64,000 nt of DNA from an uncultured bacterium (lineage in GTDB: Bacteria; Verrucomicrobiota; Verrucomicrobiia; Limisphaerales; UBA8199). The position numbers and the translations under genes are program-made. Where the stretch lies: contig CAVVMW010000023.1 of the NCBI GenBank assembly GCA_963749495.1, positions 416,001 through 480,000 of the forward strand, given 5' to 3'. Below are positions 9,408 to 19,589 of this stretch, one piece after another. The notes under the pieces are model-generated. The model saw only the letters and a list, made by a program, of their open reading frames with translations. It searched no databases and was not told the DNA's origin. Position 1 is the first letter of the stretch. The number at the start of each line of letters is the position of its first letter.

Positions 9408-10352
9408 CTACGCCCCTCCCACTTCCTGGGGGCCTTGGCCGCCGTTGACCAGGAAGAGGACGGCCATGCGGACGGCCAGGCCGTTGGTGACCTGCTGCAG
9501 GATGAGCGAGCGGTTGCAGTCGGCGATGTCGCTGTCGATTTCGACGCCGCGGTTGACGGGGCCGGGGTGCATGATGAGGGCGTCGGGTTTGGTGCGAGCC
9601 AGCCGGGCCTTGTTCAGGCCGAAGAGGCTGGCGTACTCGCCGATGCTCGGGAACATCGACTTGCGCTGGCGCTCGTGCTGGATGCGCAGGAGGTTGATGA
9701 TGTCGGCATCGCGGATGGCTTCGTCCACGTCGTAGGTGACGCGGCAGCCCATTTGCTCGAAGACGCGGGGCACCAGGGTCGAGGGTCCGCAGAGGGTCAC
9801 CTGGGCGCCGAGCTTGGTCAGGCCCCAGATGTCCGAGCGCGCCACCCGGCTATAGACCACGTCCCCCAGGATGGTGACCTTGAGGCCCTGGATGCGGCCC
9901 TTTTTTTCGCGGATGGTGAACAAGTCCAGGAGGGCCTGGGTGGGGTGCTCGTGGGCGCCGTCGCCGGCATTGATGACGCTGACACCCAGGACGCGCGCCA
10001 GGAAGTGCGGGGCGCCCGAGGCGCTGTGGCGGATGACGATGAACTCGGCATTGAGGGCCTCGAGGTTGCGCGCGGTGTCCTTGAGCGTCTCGCCTTTCTT
10101 GAGCGAGGAGGCCTCGGCGGTGAAGTTGATAATGTCGGCCGAGAGGCGCTGCTCGGACAGCTCGAAGCTGATGCGGGTGCGGGTGGACGGCTCGATGAAG
10201 AGATTGACGACGGTCTTGCCGCGCAGGGCGGGGACTTTCTTGATGGCGCGCTCGCCCACGGCCTTGAAGGCGCGGGCGGTGTCCAGCACGGTGAGTATTT
10301 CCTCGGCCGTGAGCGACTCGATATCGAGCAGGTGCTTGCGGTTCCAGCTCAT
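9408..10352 (-). CDS. pyrB: Aspartate carbamoyltransferase catalytic subunit
   Basis: [35 protein letters not shown] motifs; start MSWNRKH. Confidence 0.97.
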   Translation of the reverse strand: MSWNRKHLLDIESLTAEEILTVLDTARAFKAVGERAIKKVPALRGKTVVNLFIEPSTRTRISFELSEQRLSADIINFTAEASSLKKGETLKDTARNLEALNAEFIVIRHSASGAPHFLARVLGVSVINAGDGAHEHPTQALLDLFTIREKKGRIQGLKVTILGDVVYSRVARSDIWGLTKLGAQVTLCGPSTLVPRVFEQMGCRVTYDVDEAIRDADIINLLRIQHERQRKSMFPSIGEYASLFGLNKARLARTKPDALIMHPGPVNRGVEIDSDIADCNRSLILQQVTNGLAVRMAVLFLVNGGQGPQEVGGA

Positions 10353-10353
10353 C

Positions 10354-10884
10354 TTATCCCTTCTCCAGCACGACTTCATCCGGGCTGCCCAATTCCGAGA
10401 GACGGACCTGAACGCTCTCGGTATGGGAGGTGGGGAGGTTCTTGCCGATGAAGTCCGCTTTGATGGGCAGCTCCCGGTGCCCCCGGTCAACCAGCACGGC
10501 CAGTTGGATGCGCCTGGGCCGGCCGAAATCGTTCAGAGCATCCATGGCGGCGCGAATGGTGCGGCCGCTGTAGAGCACGTCATCCACCAGCACCACGGTC
10601 TTGCCGGTCACGTCGAAGGGGATGACCGTCGGCTGCACGTCGGGCGCCAGGCGCTGGTCCAGGTCGTCCCGGTGCATGCTCACATCGAGCAGGCCGGCAG
10701 GGGGGGCCTGCCCCCAGATGCCGCCCAACAGGCCGCTGAGCCGCTGGGCCAGAGGGACGCCGCCGCGTTGGATGCCCACCAGCACCACCTCCGCGCCCGC
10801 CTCGTTGCGCTCGGCAATCTCGTGGGCGATGCGGGTCAGGGCGCGTTGAATCGCCGCCCCGTTCAGAATGAGCGTCTCAGCCAT
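10354..10884 (-). CDS. pyrR: Pyrimidine regulatory protein / uracil phosphoribosyltransferase PyrR
   Basis: [27 protein letters not shown] motifs; directly upstream of pyrB. Confidence 0.95.
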   Translation of the reverse strand: MAETLILNGAAIQRALTRIAHEIAERNEAGAEVVLVGIQRGGVPLAQRLSGLLGGIWGQAPPAGLLDVSMHRDDLDQRLAPDVQPTVIPFDVTGKTVVLVDDVLYSGRTIRAAMDALNDFGRPRRIQLAVLVDRGHRELPIKADFIGKNLPTSHTESVQVRLSELGSPDEVVLEKG

Positions 10885-11110
10885 GTCCCGCCTGTCGCCC
10901 GGCCATTTGGCGGCTCTTCCGCCACTTGGACCGATGCTTGACGATCCAATCCGTCAGCGCCCGGTCAAACCCGATGTCGCGCCCTGCCTTTTCCGACTCG
11001 ATCCACTTGTGCTTCAAGATCTCCTCGCGCTCCGCTTGGAACTCCCGGTAGAGCGAAGAGTTCTTCAGCAATTCGCTGGCCGAGAGGTGCTCTTTCGTTT
11101 CGTCAGACAT
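10877..11110 (-). CDS. Small conserved protein (DUF4032-like, EILKHKWIESEKAGRDIGF motif)
   Basis: Motif; overlaps pyrR start; paralog at 30277..30495. Confidence 0.75.
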   Translation of the reverse strand: MSDETKEHLSASELLKNSSLYREFQAEREEILKHKWIESEKAGRDIGFDRALTDWIVKHRSKWRKSRQMAGRQAGHG

Positions 11111-11255
11111 AATCGAGAATCCAAACACAGTCGACGCGCTCCGGGATTCTTATACGGCGCGCCGCTCGATGACAATCCTTTTTTCTGCCCCCGTGCGGCA
11201 ACTCCAGGGCCATCAACAAAGTCGCCCGGCGCGCCTGTGCGCCAGGGGCGCCAGC

Positions 11256-11390
11256 GTAGCGCAGGTTTCCAAACCTGCTGTATCGCGGGTTTCCAAACCC
11301 GCAGGCCGTCCGCGAACCAGGGGCGCTCGACATGCCGACGCCCTGCCGATTGGAAATCGGCGATACGGCAGGTTTGGAAACCTGCGCTAC
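11256..11390. repeat. REP-like nested palindrome
   Basis: GTAGCGCAGGTTTCCAAACCTGC ... GCAGGTTTGGAAACCTGCGCTAC terminal inverted repeat with inner hairpins. Confidence 0.85.
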
Positions 11391-11462
11391 AACTTTGTCA
11401 ATGGCCCTCTCGGCAACGCGGGTCAGGAGGAATGTAGCACAAAAGCGCGCGGAGAAAGGCAA

Positions 11463-12506
11463 CTAAAGGATTTGCTGACGGAGTTTTTCAGCGATGCTAA
11501 TAAAGGCCTGCGCCGACGGCCCCTCGGGCGCCGAGACGACGACCGGCACGCCCCGGTCTCCGGCCTCTCGAATCTCCGTAAAGAGGGGGATTTCGCCCAG
11601 GAAGGCGAGCCCCTGGCGGCGCGCCTCGGCCTGGCCGCCGCCGTGCCCGAAGATCTCGACCCGGTCCCCCGTGGGGGTGGTGAAATAGCTCATGTTCTCG
11701 ATGATGCCCAGGATAGGGACATTGACCTTCCGGAACATGGCGATGCCCTTGCGGACGACCCCGAGCGAGGCCTCTTGCGGGGTCGTCACGATCACCCCGC
11801 CATCCAGGGGCACGGTCTGGCAGAGCGAGAGCTGGGCATCGCCGGTCCCCGGCGGCAGGTCCACCAGCAGGCAGTCCAGGCTGCCCCATTCCACCGCGTT
11901 GACGAATTGCTGGATGGTCTTCATGATCATCGGCCCGCGCCAGATGACCGGCTGGTCGCCCTCGATCAGAAAGCCGATGCTCATCAATTTGACCCCGTGG
12001 CTGGCGGGCGGCACCATCTTTTCCTGGTCGCTGATGGCCGGTTTTTCATGGACCCCCATCATGAGCGGGATGCTCGGGCCGTAAATGTCGCAATCCAGCA
12101 GGCCCGCCTGGGCGCCCAGGCGCGCCAGGGCGCAGGCCAGGTTCACCGAGACGGTGGACTTGCCGACGCCCCCCTTGCCGCTGGCCACCGCCACAACGCG
12201 GCGCACGCCCGCGACCCGGTGTTGTCCGGCCCAGGGACCCGCAGCGGCGGCCGTGGCCTGCCCGCCGGGCTGGTTGACCTCGACAGATACCGCCTTCACC
12301 CCGGGCAGGGCCTTCAACGCGCGTTCGCTCTCGGCCTTGATCTCGGCCGCCACTTCCGGCTTGCCCGAGGTCAGGTGTATCGAGATGCTCACCGCCCCCT
12401 CGCTCACCCTGATCTCCTTGACCAGCCCGAAAGAAATCACGTCCCGGCTGTAGCCGGGGTACTTCACACTCCTCAACGCGTTCCTGATGTCGCCTTCCGA
12501 AGGCAT
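11463..12506 (-). CDS. mrp: Mrp/NBP35 (ApbC) Fe-S cluster carrier ATPase
   Basis: ASGKGGVGKST, DCDIYGPS, WRGPM, DLPPGTGD, ENMSYF motifs. Confidence 0.95.
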   Translation of the reverse strand: MPSEGDIRNALRSVKYPGYSRDVISFGLVKEIRVSEGAVSISIHLTSGKPEVAAEIKAESERALKALPGVKAVSVEVNQPGGQATAAAAGPWAGQHRVAGVRRVVAVASGKGGVGKSTVSVNLACALARLGAQAGLLDCDIYGPSIPLMMGVHEKPAISDQEKMVPPASHGVKLMSIGFLIEGDQPVIWRGPMIMKTIQQFVNAVEWGSLDCLLVDLPPGTGDAQLSLCQTVPLDGGVIVTTPQEASLGVVRKGIAMFRKVNVPILGIIENMSYFTTPTGDRVEIFGHGGGQAEARRQGLAFLGEIPLFTEIREAGDRGVPVVVSAPEGPSAQAFISIAEKLRQQIL

Positions 12507-12582
12507 GTTCACATTCATTCGATTCAACGAAGCCAATAAACGGTCTGGGTGTGCCCGTGTCAATCCCGGGGCGCGCGTCCAG

Positions 12583-12953
12583 GGTCGAGGGTCGAGGGCC
12601 GAGGGAACGCAGAGCGGTTGCCACTCGGCACTCGACGCTCGCCCAGGGTGCGATTAAAGGCGCAGGGCATGGGATCCGGGAGTTTTGTCCCGGAGGGACA
12701 TTCGAGAATAGCCCAACGTTTCAACGTTGGGGTTGGCCGTCACGGAGGAATAAGTCCCGAAGGGACGGCTGAAATCACCCGTGGTTTCAGCCCTCCCTTC
12801 GGGACTCCGGGGGGCCGGCGCATCCAACCGAACGTTGAAACGTTGGGCTATTGTCGGAAGCCCCGTCGGGGCAAAAGGGCGCCGTGGACTCCCCGACGGT
12901 TTTGATCGCACCCGCGCTCGCCCCTCGCCCCTTGCCCCTCGCCCCTTGCCCCC
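12583..12953. repeat. REP-like composite palindrome flanked by heptamer runs
   Basis: ATAGCCCAACGTTTCAACGTT/AACGTTGAAACGTTGGGCTAT and AGTCCCGAAGGGA/TCCCTTCGGGACT pairs; (TCGAGGG)n and (CCCCTYG)n flanks. Confidence 0.75.
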
Positions 12954-12967
12954 CTATTCTGGGGCGA

Positions 12968-13753
12968 ATGCAAGAGCTGCGACCCCAGGCTGCCCCGGAG
13001 AAGACAGGCCCGGCCGACTCGACCGGCGCATGCGAGAGCCGGCTGGTCTGGGGGTATTTCAAAGGCCAGACGGAAGGCCGCTTCGTGGACGTGGGCGCCA
13101 ATCATCCGACCGAGCGGAACCAGACGTGGTTCCTGGAATGCCAGGGATGGTCGGGGTTGCTGGTCGAGCCGCACCCGGAAATGTGCAGGCTGCTGCGGGC
13201 GCAACGGCCGCGCAGCCGCACCGTCGAGGCGGCCGTCTGCGGCCCGGGCCAGGAAGGGGAAGCTGAGTTGCAACTCGGGGTGGACCCAGCCAAGTCGAGC
13301 CTGCGGCCCGAGTGGGACCATGCCTTGAGCGGGCAACGCGTCCGCGTCCGCGCCCGGACCTTGAATTCGATCCTGGCGGAGGCTGACTTTGGCCGCATCG
13401 ATTTCCTTTCGCTCGACGTGGAGGGGATGGAGATCCCGGCCCTGCGCGGGCTGGATTTCGAGCGGTACGGGCCCGAACTGATCCTGATCGAGGACCATTT
13501 CTACGCCTACGACAAGCACTTCTACCTGCGGCGCCATGGCTACAAGCTCGTCAAGCGCACGGGCTACAACAACTGGTATGTGCCCCAGGACGCGGCGGTG
13601 TCGGTCTTCTCGATGTCCAGCCTCCCCAAGTTGCTGCGGCTGGGCCGGAAGATGTGGCTCAATACCCCGTTCAACCGCCTGCGCCGCCGGCTCAAGCAAC
13701 GGAAACGGGCGCGGACCCAAACCACCGGCGGGGCGCAGCAGGGGGATGTTTGA
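12968..13753 (+). CDS. FkbM family methyltransferase
   Basis: FVDVGAN, LLVEP, IDFLSLDVEGME motifs. Confidence 0.9.
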   Translation: MQELRPQAAPEKTGPADSTGACESRLVWGYFKGQTEGRFVDVGANHPTERNQTWFLECQGWSGLLVEPHPEMCRLLRAQRPRSRTVEAAVCGPGQEGEAELQLGVDPAKSSLRPEWDHALSGQRVRVRARTLNSILAEADFGRIDFLSLDVEGMEIPALRGLDFERYGPELILIEDHFYAYDKHFYLRRHGYKLVKRTGYNNWYVPQDAAVSVFSMSSLPKLLRLGRKMWLNTPFNRLRRRLKQRKRARTQTTGGAQQGDV

Positions 13754-13779
13754 CCCTGAAAACGGCAGTTCAAGCACGG

Positions 13780-14475
13780 ATGAACAGGGATAAACGAGCG
13801 AGCCAGTTGCGGCGCGCCTACCGGCTGCTGCGGGCGCATTTCGGGCACCAGCACTGGTGGCCGGCCCAGACCGCGTTCGAGATGTGCGTCGGCGCTATCC
13901 TGACCCAGAACACGAGCTGGGTGAACGTCGAGCGCGCCCTGGCCAATCTCAAGGCCGCCAGGGTGCTCGAGCCCAGGGCACTCTACGCGCTCCAGCCATC
14001 CAGGCTGGCCGAACTGCTCCGGCCGACCGGCTATTTCAATGTCAAGGCGCGGCGGCTCCGCTCGTTCCTCCGGGTGCTGGTCGAGGAATTCGGCGGCGAC
14101 CTCACCCGCCTCCTCCAGGGCGAGACTGGCCAGGTCCGCGAGCGCCTCCTTTCCATCGGCGGCATTGGGCGGGAGACCGCCGACAGCATGTTGCTCTATG
14201 CGGGCGCTCACCAGCGGTTTGTGATCGATGCCTACACCAAACGCATTTTCCATCGGCACGGCTGGAGCGGGGCCGAGGCCTCCTATGACGAGTTGCAGCG
14301 GTTGTGCGAATCGGCCCTGGCCCGCAAACCGCGCGGCCGGCGGCTCGATTACTGGCAGGATTACCACGCCCAACTCGTGATGGCGGGCAAGCACTTCTGC
14401 CGCGCCAGCCGGCCCGATTGCCAGGGTTGCCCGCTCCGGCCCCTGCTGCCGCGGCAGCATGCCGGTCGTCGTTGA
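13780..14475 (+). CDS. HhH-GPD endonuclease III-like protein
   Basis: VGAILTQNTSW, LLSIGGIGRETADSM, C-x6-C-x2-CPL cluster. Confidence 0.9.
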   Translation: MNRDKRASQLRRAYRLLRAHFGHQHWWPAQTAFEMCVGAILTQNTSWVNVERALANLKAARVLEPRALYALQPSRLAELLRPTGYFNVKARRLRSFLRVLVEEFGGDLTRLLQGETGQVRERLLSIGGIGRETADSMLLYAGAHQRFVIDAYTKRIFHRHGWSGAEASYDELQRLCESALARKPRGRRLDYWQDYHAQLVMAGKHFCRASRPDCQGCPLRPLLPRQHAGRR

Positions 14476-14580
14476 GGCGCTTTACGGGCCTCTCCAAATT
14501 CGCGCGATCGCGGGCGCACCCCTACATCGCGCGTGTGTGTGGCCTCGGTGAAGGTGGGTGCGTCATTGCCCCCGGCTCAC

Positions 14581-14770
14581 CGCGTAGCGGTGCCCGAGGG
14601 TAGCCGTGGACTTCCAGTCCACGGACCCATCGCCCAAGCTCAACCGCGTCGCGTAGCGACGCCTGAAAACTGCGACGCCGTCAGGCGTCGCTACGCGGCG
14701 CGTGCCCCCTCCCGCGCCCTGAACCGTGGACCGAGGTCCACGGCTACCTTCACTGTGTCGCTACGCGACA
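14581..14770. repeat. REP-like composite palindrome
   Basis: GGTAGCCGTGGAC/GTCCACGGCTACC and CGTAGCGACGCCTGA/TCAGGCGTCGCTACG inverted pairs. Confidence 0.8.
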
Positions 14771-14815
14771 CGGGATGATTCTTGAGCGGGGCCGGATCTG
14801 ATGTAAGCTTCCTCC

Positions 14816-15082
14816 ATGAAAGGCGAAACCTATCCGTTGGCGATGCCGACCGATTTGCTCCAGGAAATCCGGCAAACCGCCAAGGCGACCGGTCTCTCGA
14901 TGGCGGACGCCATGCGGCAGAGCATGAGGCTGGGATTGCCGAAGCTGCGGGAGCAATTGCGCGGCCCCGCTCTCAAACCGTTCACAGCCGAAGAAGTCAA
15001 GACCGCCTTCAAGCGGGACCAGGAGTGGGAAGCGTTCGAATCGGCCATGACAAACGTGCCTGTCACGCCTCTGGAAGAATGA
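14816..15082 (+). CDS. Small CopG/RHH-type DNA-binding protein (orphan antitoxin-like)
   Basis: YPLAMPTDLLQEIRQTAKATGLSMADAMRQSM RHH pattern. Confidence 0.6.
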   Translation: MKGETYPLAMPTDLLQEIRQTAKATGLSMADAMRQSMRLGLPKLREQLRGPALKPFTAEEVKTAFKRDQEWEAFESAMTNVPVTPLEE

Positions 15083-15092
15083 AGGCCTGGCC

Positions 15093-16526
15093 TCACTCGA
15101 TCCCGAGCCTGCGCTGGATTTGCTCCAGTGAGACCCCCTTGGTTTCCAGCATCACGGTGAGCACCCAGAAGAGCTGGCCGACCATGCAGAGGGCGTAGAA
15201 GGCAAAGGCGTGGCCGCCGGATTGCCTGGCGATCAACGGGAACGTCCACGAGATTGCGGCGGCCATGGCCCAGTGAGTGAAACTGCCCAGGGCCTGGCCG
15301 CGGGCGCGAACGCGGTTGGGGAAGATCTCGCTGATGTACACCCAAATGACGGCCCCCTGGCCGAAGGCATGCGCTGCGACAAACACCAGCAGGCTGCCCA
15401 GGAGCAGCCTGCCCCCGGCGCCCGTATAGAACGAATACGCAGCGACGCTCAGGCTGAGGATATAGCCAATCGAGCCGACCAGCATCAGGCGCCGCCGGCC
15501 AAAGTGATCGATCACCGCCATCGCCGCAATCGTGAACACCAGGTTGGTCAGCCCGATAATGACCGGCTGCAGCAGGGCGGATTCTTTGCTGGCGCCGGCC
15601 ATTTGGAAGATGTCCTTGGCGTAGTAGAGCACGGCGTTGATGCCCGAGAGTTGGTTGAACATGGCGATGGCCACGGCCAGCAGGATCGGCTTGTGGTACT
15701 TCGCGCAGAAGAACGGTTCGGCCAGCGTGTGGTGCTCCAGGTCCAGTGAGGCCCGGATCTCCCCCAGGTCCTGCTCCAGATCGCCGGTGTCGGTGCCGCA
15801 CTGGGCCAGGACGGCCCGGGCCTCCTCGATGCGTCCCCGGGCGACCAGCCAGCGCGGGCTCTGGGGCGTCAGAAACAGCAGGCAGAAAAAGGCCGCCGCC
15901 GGCGCCGCCATGACCCCGAACATCCACCGGCACTCGGCCTGCCCGAGATGCAGCGTGCCGATCACGTAATTCGAGAGGTAGGCCAGCAGGATGCCGAGCA
16001 CGATGTTGAACTGCGTGACCGCCACCAGGCGCCCCCGGTACTTCGCCGGCGAGATTTCGGCGATGTACATCGGCGAGACCACCGACGCCCCCCCCACCGC
16101 CAGCCCGCCGATGAACCGGAATAGAACAAAGGACCACCACCCCCAAGCCAGCGCGCACCCGACGGCCGAGACGAAATACAGCACGGCCAGGCTGAACAGC
16201 GTGCCGCGCCGCCCGAACGCATCGGCCGGCTTGCCCACCGCCAGCGAGCCGACGACCGTCCCGATCAATGCGCTGGCCACGGTGAACCCCTGCATGAATG
16301 CCAGCAGGTCGTCCCTCCCTATCGAGGGGACCAGGCCCTGCAATTGCCTGACGATCTGCGCCACAAACCCGGACTTCAGCCAGTCCGTGGTGCCGGAGAT
16401 GACGGCGGTGTCGAAGCCGAAGAGCAGGCCGCCCAGGGCGGCCACAATGGCGCTGCGCAGCAGAACGGCGCTCAACCCGGCCGGCGCTGCCGTCCCGTGC
16501 CCTGGTGTCGTTGTGGTGGGGCTCAC
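15093..16526 (-). CDS. Sugar porter family MFS transporter
   Basis: GGLLFGFDTAVISG, DAFGRR, YIAEISP, QLSGIN, SEIFP, ETKG motifs; start moved downstream of repeats. Confidence 0.95.
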   Translation of the reverse strand: MSPTTTTPGHGTAAPAGLSAVLLRSAIVAALGGLLFGFDTAVISGTTDWLKSGFVAQIVRQLQGLVPSIGRDDLLAFMQGFTVASALIGTVVGSLAVGKPADAFGRRGTLFSLAVLYFVSAVGCALAWGWWSFVLFRFIGGLAVGGASVVSPMYIAEISPAKYRGRLVAVTQFNIVLGILLAYLSNYVIGTLHLGQAECRWMFGVMAAPAAAFFCLLFLTPQSPRWLVARGRIEEARAVLAQCGTDTGDLEQDLGEIRASLDLEHHTLAEPFFCAKYHKPILLAVAIAMFNQLSGINAVLYYAKDIFQMAGASKESALLQPVIIGLTNLVFTIAAMAVIDHFGRRRLMLVGSIGYILSLSVAAYSFYTGAGGRLLLGSLLVFVAAHAFGQGAVIWVYISEIFPNRVRARGQALGSFTHWAMAAAISWTFPLIARQSGGHAFAFYALCMVGQLFWVLTVMLETKGVSLEQIQRRLGIE

Positions 16527-16660
16527 GAACCGAAATCCTAAGCCAGTGCCCGGAACCAAAACAAGCGGCAAGTTCAGACGGCAATGGGCCGGGGCGCGTG
16601 TCGGCTTTGTCGGCCTTCCGCAAGCCGGGCAATTGGAGGCTGGCATCGCCAAGCCCGCAA

Positions 16661-16745
16661 GGTTTTGGACTGCGCCAGTCCTCTGGCGCTTTCGCGTCCC
16701 CAGGGTCCGAAAAGCGGCAGAGGACTGCCGCAGTCCAAGACGCTT
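16661..16745. repeat. REP-like palindrome (TTGGACTGCG...CGCAGTCCAA family)
   Basis: TTGGACTGCGCCAGTCCTCTG ... CAGAGGACTGCCGCAGTCCAA; same family as the insertion in miaE. Confidence 0.8.
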
Positions 16746-16820
16746 CGCGATTTCGGAAGCGCACAGCGGGGGGAACGCGCCCGTCCTCGGATGCGCTCCG
16801 GGGCAGGCTGCCCAAGGTAA

Positions 16821-16980
16821 GGCGGTGGAAATAAATAAAGGTAGCAACCTGCCTTGTTCTTTTGCCGCCCAGCTTCGTTGTTCACTCGTTGCAGATCGCT
16901 GCGGATATGCGCCTCGTTCACGCCTCGCTGGGCGCCAAAATCCCGGCGGCATCTTGCCACCTTTATTTATTTCCACCGCC
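16821..16980. mobile_element. 160 bp MITE-like element
   Basis: 27 bp terminal inverted repeats GGCGGTGGAAATAAATAAAGGT[A/G]GCAA (1 mismatch), TAA on both outer sides. Confidence 0.75.
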
Positions 16981-17021
16981 TAAGCCTTGATTTGCGGGCA
17001 CGGTCGAACGACACTGGGCGC

Positions 17022-17303
17022 ATGAATCTGGACCGATTCAAGCTCAGGTTGACAGCCGTTTTCGAGCCTGCGCCGGAGGGCGGCTACACGTGCCATTTCG
17101 AGGAGCTGCCCGAGGTCTTCTCCGAAGGCGAAACGCTGGAGGAAGCGGGCGAGAACCTGCTGGACGCTCTTACACAAGTTATGGAGTACCACCGCCAGGA
17201 GGCGCGCAAGAACCTCAGGGCTGGGGCGCCGGCTTCAGCCGGCTTTGGACGTTCAATGTTCAGAGGCGCCCAAAGGGGTGAAGGTGCGGGCAAAGCCGGC
17301 TGA
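17022..17303 (+). CDS. HicB family antitoxin (C-terminus runs into a REP-like palindrome)
   Basis: VFEPAPEGGYTCHFEELPEVFSEGETLEEA motif. Confidence 0.8.
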   Translation: MNLDRFKLRLTAVFEPAPEGGYTCHFEELPEVFSEGETLEEAGENLLDALTQVMEYHRQEARKNLRAGAPASAGFGRSMFRGAQRGEGAGKAG

Positions 17304-17340
17304 AGCCGGCCCTCCGGGGGCGGTGTCGGGATGCGCCCCG

Positions 17341-18685
17341 CTACCGGCCCATGAGCCCGGGCACCATGCCGCCCATGCGGGCCATCATCTTCTGGAACTT
17401 GCCCATCTTCTTCATCATCTGCTGCATCTGAGCGAAGCGGTTGAGCATGGTGTTGAGCTCGGTCACCGAGACGCCGCTGCCCTTGGCGATGCGCTGGCGG
17501 CGGCGGGCATTGAGGATGGAGGGCTGGCGCCGTTCCTGGAGGGTCATGGCGCAGATCATGGCCTCCATGTGCCCGAACTCCTTCTCCTGCTTGGTTAGGT
17601 CGGCCCCTTTGAGGGCCTCGGCGCCGCCGGGCAGCAGGCCCACGATCGTTTCCAACGACCCCAGCTTCTTGACCTGGCGCAGTTGCTCCAGGAAATCGTC
17701 GAGCGTGAACTGGCCCTTGCGCATCTTCTCCTCCAGGCGCATCGCCTGGTCCATCGTCACGCCCTCCGCCGCCTTTTCGACCAGGCTGACCACGTCGCCC
17801 ATCCCGAGGATGCGCGAGGCCATTCGCTCCGGGTGGAAGGGCTCGAAATCCTCGAGCTTCTCGCCGACGCCGGCGAACTTGATCGGTTTGCCGGTGACGG
17901 CCTTGAGGCTGAGGGCGGCGCCGCCGCGGGCGTCGCCGTCCAGCTTGGTCAGGATGGAGCCGGTGATCTGGAGGGCTTTGTCGAAGTGAGCGGCCACATT
18001 CACCGCCTCCTGGCCGGTGGCGGCGTCCAGGACCAGCAGGACCTCCTGCGGCGCGGCCAGGCTGCGCAGGCGCACCAACTCCTGGACCAGCGGCTCGTCG
18101 ATCTGGAGCCGCCCGGCCGTGTCGAAGATGAGCGTGTTGCGGTTGTTGGCGCGGGCGAAATCGAGGGCCTCGCGGGCGAGTTGGAGCACGTCGGTCGCCC
18201 CTGTGCGGACATAGGCGGGCAGCCCGGCCTGCTGGGCCAGCTTCTCCAGTTGCTCCATGGCCGCAGGGCGATAAACGTCCGCCCCCACCAGGAGCGGGGT
18301 GCGGCCCTGCTTGAGCAGCAGCCGCCCCAGCTTGGCGCTGGACGTCGTCTTGCCCGAGCCGTGCAGGCCCACCATCAGGATGCAAGCGGGGTTTCCGCTC
18401 AACTCGAAGGCCGGCGTTGGCCGAGCCGAGCAGGTCCACCATCTCGTCATGGATGATCTTGATGATCTGCTGGCCCGGCTGGATGCTCTGGACCACCTCG
18501 ATGCCGATGGACTTGGCCTTGACCCGCTCGATGAAGTCGCGGGCCACCTTGAAATTCACATCCGCCTCCAGCAAGGCCAGCCGGACCTCGCGCAAGGCGT
18601 CGCCGACATTGCCCTCGGAGATCTTGCCCAGGCCCCGCAGGTTCCTGAAGGCCTCCTGGAGCTTGCTGCTCAATGAATCGAACAT
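17341..18685 (-). CDS. ffh: Signal recognition particle protein Ffh (single-base frameshift near 18410)
   Basis: ALLEADVN, GLHGSGKTT, DTAGR, TKLDGDARGGAA, M-domain; two ORFs joined by removing one base. Confidence 0.95.
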
Positions 18686-18713
18686 GGCCCCAAGCTAAAA
18701 TACCCGGAGCGCA

Positions 18714-18742
18714 TTGACAAGGACCTCCGCTTTTGGCAGATT
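18714..18742 (+). promoter_or_regulatory. Sigma70-like promoter for tRNA-Tyr
   Basis: TTGACA-17 bp-CAGATT followed by a GC-rich stretch upstream of the tRNA. Confidence 0.5.
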
Positions 18743-18769
18743 CACCCCTCGCGCCGGGCGCCGCTTCCA

Positions 18770-18855
18770 GGTGGGATACTCAAGCGGTCAACGAGGGCAG
18801 ACTGTAAATCTGCTGGCTTACGCCTACGAAGGTTCGAATCCTTCTCCCACCACCA
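18770..18855 (+). tRNA. tRNA-Tyr (GTA)
   Basis: GGTGGGA/TCCCACC acceptor stem, GCAGA-CT-GTA-AA-TCTGC anticodon arm, long variable arm, GGTTCGAATCC, encoded CCA. Confidence 0.97.
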
Positions 18856-18984
18856 CCCCATTTCACCGAATCGAAACCCACTTTTGGCCCGTGTCTTCCG
18901 AGCGATAATCGCTTTGATGGATTCTGGCCTTGGGCGCTTTTGTAGCCTTGCTGTCCCCTGCCTGATTTTCTGCAAGCATACGAG

Positions 18985-19006
18985 ATTTTGTATCAATTTT
19001 GTATCA
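18985..19006. promoter_or_regulatory. Tandem 11 bp repeat, candidate integrase arm-type sites
   Basis: ATTTTGTATCA x2, ~130 bp inside attL. Confidence 0.45.
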
Positions 19007-19589
19007 AGTCCGATCTGCCCGAAGCCTGCCCTCCGGGGTGTTCTGGCGCATCCAAGCCCTCGGAACGCGGGGAGCTTGCCCGACATACCACCTTGCCCCG
19101 CTCGAATGCCTGCCAGAGGCATCTCAGCAACGCGGAGTGGGTTTGTGGCCTCTTGGGGTGCCAGGGTGGCGGAGACGCTCGAAACGGACGCCCCAGAAGC
19201 CGCGTAGCAAGCGGTCACACGGCAAGGTGGGCCATTGTGGCGAGACTGGCCAGGCTGGCGGTTGCGCCCCGGCGTGGCTCGCCGGCCAACAGCGCGAGGC
19301 AAGCGCCGGCCCGGTGGACGGCGGGGCCCCCCCCGTGCCTATGGAGTTCCTTTTCCCGAAGCCCGCGCCGGGGACCGGGCCAGCCCCTTCCTTGCCGGGG
19401 TCGCTCCTCGCTACGCAGGGGCTCGAGAAATTCCATGGGATTTGGGGACTCCCTGGGCACCGGACGGACCGGGGAATCTGGTTGCGCAAAGGCGTTTCGG
19501 GCGGCACGCGAGGGTGAATCGTGTGTGAATAAGTATTTCTTGCGTCCGGGCAGGCTCCGTCCCCCAATCTCCCCTGTAATGGGAGAAAT

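Noticed and set aside
16527..16976. Long N-terminal extension of the sugar porter
   Set aside because: Runs through the MITE and REP; not transporter-like
17341..18685. Programmed frameshifting or pseudogenisation of ffh and others (near 215, 6476, 18410, 21840, 23340, 29866, 35045, 50462)
   Set aside because: Single-base indels in short G/C runs across unrelated genes, including essential ffh, are best explained by sequencing error; read polishing would confirm
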